This document shows positions 19,752 to 22,069 of a stretch of 22,069 nt of DNA, in pieces. The stretch spans positions 1 through 22,069 of the forward strand of contig NEEC01000399.1 in the NCBI GenBank assembly GCA_002189035.1, written 5' to 3'. Every line of letters begins with the position of its first letter. Position 1 is the first letter of the stretch. A program made the position numbers and the translations under genes. This DNA comes from Utricularia gibba. Taxonomy: Eukaryota; Plantae; Magnoliophyta. The notes beneath the pieces were generated by a model that saw only the letters and a list, made by a program, of their open reading frames with translations, searched no databases and was not told the origin of the DNA.

Positions 19752-22069
19752 AAGCTTGTCGTTTTTGGGCGGGTGATGTCGTTGTGAACTTCGTTCTGAC
19801 CCAAGGTTCGGTCTGACTCCTTTGCCACATCGGTCCTACTCGACGAAAATCGTGATGCAGTTATTGAAGTTAGGATTTCATGAGCACCCAAAATGGTTTT
19901 CAACCGCATGCTTTATATTTGATAAGGCACTCTCGTGGGGCAACGGTATCGAGCAGGAGGTCGAGTCGAGCTCGGCCCATAGTCATTTGTAGCTCGGAAA
20001 AAAACTTGATGCATTTATTAACGTTGGTTTTAATAGGCTGCCTCAATGGTTTTCTCAAGGAAAAGCTTGTCGTTTTTGGGCGGGTGATGTCGTTGTGAAC
20101 TTCGTTCTGACCCAAGGTTCGTCTGACTCCTTTGCCACATCGGGTCCTACTCGACGAAAATCGTGATGCAGTTATTGAAGTTAGGATTTCATGAGCACCC
20201 AAAATGCTTTTCAATCGCATGCTTTGTATTTGAGGCGCTCTAGTGGGGCACGGTATCGGGCAAAAGGTCGAGTCGGGCTCGTCCCAGAGTCATTTGTAGC
20301 CCAAAAAATTGATGCATTTATTAACGTTCATTAGGCTGCCTACATAGTTTCTCAAGGAAAAGCTTCGTTTCTGGCGGGTGATGTCGTTGGAACTTCGTTC
20401 GACCCAAGGTTCGCTGACTCCTTTGCCACATCGGGTCCTACTCGACGAAAATCGTGATGCAGTTATTGAAGTTAGGATGTCATGAGCACCCAAAATGGTT
20501 TTCTCAACCGCATGCTTTATATTTGATAAGGCACTCTCGTGGGGCAACGGTATCGAGCAGGAGGTCGAGTCGAGCTCGGCCCATAGTCATTTGTAGCTCG
20601 GCAAAAAACTTGATGCATTTATTAACGTTGGGTTTTAATAGGCGCCTACATTGTTTTCTCAAGGAAAAGCTTGTCGTTTTTGGGCGGGTGATGTCGTTGT
20701 GAACTTCGTTCGACCCAAGTTCGTCTGACTCCTTTGCCACATCGGGTCCTACTCGACGAAAATCGTGATGCAGTTATTGAAGTTAGGATGTCATGAGCAC
20801 CCAAAATGGTTTTCTCAACCGCATGCTTTATATTTGATAAGGCGCTCTCGTGGGGCAACGGTATCGAGCAGGAGGTCGAGTCGAGCTCGGGCCCAGAGTC
20901 ATTTGTAGCCGACAAAAAAATTGATGCATTTATTAACGTTCGGCTATTAGGCTGCCTACATAGTTTCTCAAGGAAAAGCTTGTCGTTTCTGGCGGGTGAT
21001 GTCGTTGGAACTTCGTTCGACCCAAGGTTCTGACTGACTCCTTTGCCACATCGGGTCCTACTCGACGAAAATCGTGATGCAGTTATTGAAGTTAGGATGT
21101 CATGAGCACCCAAAATGGTTTTCTCAACCGCATGCTTTATATTTGAGGAGGCTCTCGTGGGGCAACGGTATCGAGCAGGAGGTCGAGTCGAGCTCGGGCC
21201 CATAGTCATTTGTAGCCGGCAAAAAATTGATGCATTTATTAACGTTGGTTTTAATAGGCGCCTACATTGTTTTCTCAAGGAAAAGCTTGTCGTTTCTGGC
21301 GGGTGATGTCGTTGGGAACTTCGTTCGGACCCAAGGTTCGTCTGACTCCTTTGCCACATCGGTCCTACTCGACGAAAATCGTGATGCAGTTATTGAAGTT
21401 AGGATTTCATGAGCACCCAAAATGGTTTTCTCAACCGCATGCTTTATATTTGATAAGGTGCTCTCGTGGCAACGGTATCGAGTAGGAGGTCGAGTCGAGC
21501 TCGGGCCCATAGTCATTTGTAGCTCGGCAAAAAACTTGATGCATTTATTAACGGTTGGTTTTAATAGGCTGCCTCAAATGGTTTCTCAAGGAAAAGCTTG
21601 TCGTTTTGGGCGGGTGATGTCGTTGTGAACTTCGTTCTGACCCAAGGTTCGGTCTGACTCCTTTGCCACATCGGTCCTACTCGACGAAAATCGTGATGCA
21701 GTTATTGAAGTTAGGATTTCATGAGCACCCAAAATGCTTTTTTCAACGCATGCTTTATATTTGATAAGGCGCTCTCGTGGGGCAACGGTATCGAGCAGGA
21801 GGTCGAGTCGAGCTCGGGCCCAGTCATTTGTAGCTCGGCAAAAAACTTGATGCATTTATTAACGGTTGGTTTTAATAGGCTGCCTCATGGTTTTCTCAAG
21901 GAAAAGCTTGTCGTTTTTGGGCGGGTGATGTCGTTGTGAACTTCGTTCTGACCCAAGGTTCGGTCTGACTCCTTTGCCACATCGGGTCCTACTCGACGAA
22001 AATCGTGATGCAGTTATTGAAGTTAGGATTTCATGAGCACCCAAAATGGTTTTCTCAACCGCATGCTTT
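19752..22069 (+). repeat. 8-monomer variant block, copy 2 (truncated by the window end)
   Basis: Same monomer-type order as 14-2518, offset 19,738 bp (64 monomers). Confidence 0.7.

Larger units (their letters stand above)
1..22069 (+). repeat. Tandem satellite DNA array, ~313-315 bp monomer, ~71.5 copies, single orientation, runs off both ends of the window
   Basis: The motif (CT)CAAGGAAAAGCTT recurs 72 times (AAGCTT at 14, 327, 641, 956, 1264 ... 21283, 21594, 21904). Spacings are mostly 300-317 bp, mean (21904-14)/71 = 308. Every interval contains the same ordered motifs (GAAAATCGTGATGCAGTTATTGAAGTTAGGA, CATGAGCACC, GGTCGAGTCG, TGATGCAT). No unique sequence interrupts the array. Confidence 0.99.

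Noticed and set aside
20646-21359. Longest ORF (237 aa, minus strand) and the many 60-140 aa ORFs such as MPHESALSNIKHAVEKTILGAH...
   Set aside because: They are repeated translations of the satellite. Starts, ends and frames change with homopolymer indels from copy to copy, there is no recognisable domain, and no reading frame is maintained across monomers.
1-22069. CRISPR array or other repeat-spacer system
   Set aside because: There are no unique spacers; the whole ~315-bp unit is repeated, and there are no cas-like ORFs.
1-22069. Assignment to a named satellite family (e.g. grass CentO/CentC, suggested by the ~157-bp subunit size)
   Set aside because: Size similarity alone is not diagnostic and I recognise no colinear sequence match. 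A database search is required.
1-22069. 5S rDNA, tRNA or snRNA tandem gene cluster, or SINE/MITE/LTR-derived array
   Set aside because: I see no recognisable 5S/tRNA sequence or cloverleaf, terminal inverted repeats, poly(A) tail, target-site duplications or LTR termini in the monomer.

Overview
The whole 22,069-bp window is one uninterrupted, head-to-tail tandem satellite-DNA array, most likely eukaryotic heterochromatin and possibly (peri)centromeric. I count 72 copies of an AAGCTT (HindIII) anchor from 14 to 21904. Intact monomers are about 310-317 bp (mean spacing 308 bp) and about 46% GC. Each monomer is an old, diverged dimer of two ~157-bp subunits (159 + 156 bp) that share a ~67-bp block at ~76% identity. 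Monomer variants are not randomly ordered: there are local higher-order repeats and segmental duplications (4-, 5- and 7-monomer spacings), a homogenised sub-domain at ~7.1-11.1 kb, chimeric monomers, and an 8-monomer block repeated 19.7 kb apart. I found no credible gene, RNA gene, CRISPR array or mobile element; all ORFs are recurrent translations of the repeat. I could not assign the satellite to a named family or species. Frequent homopolymer indels and one badly degraded patch suggest error-prone long-read or collapsed consensus sequence, so fine-scale variant calls need confirmation.
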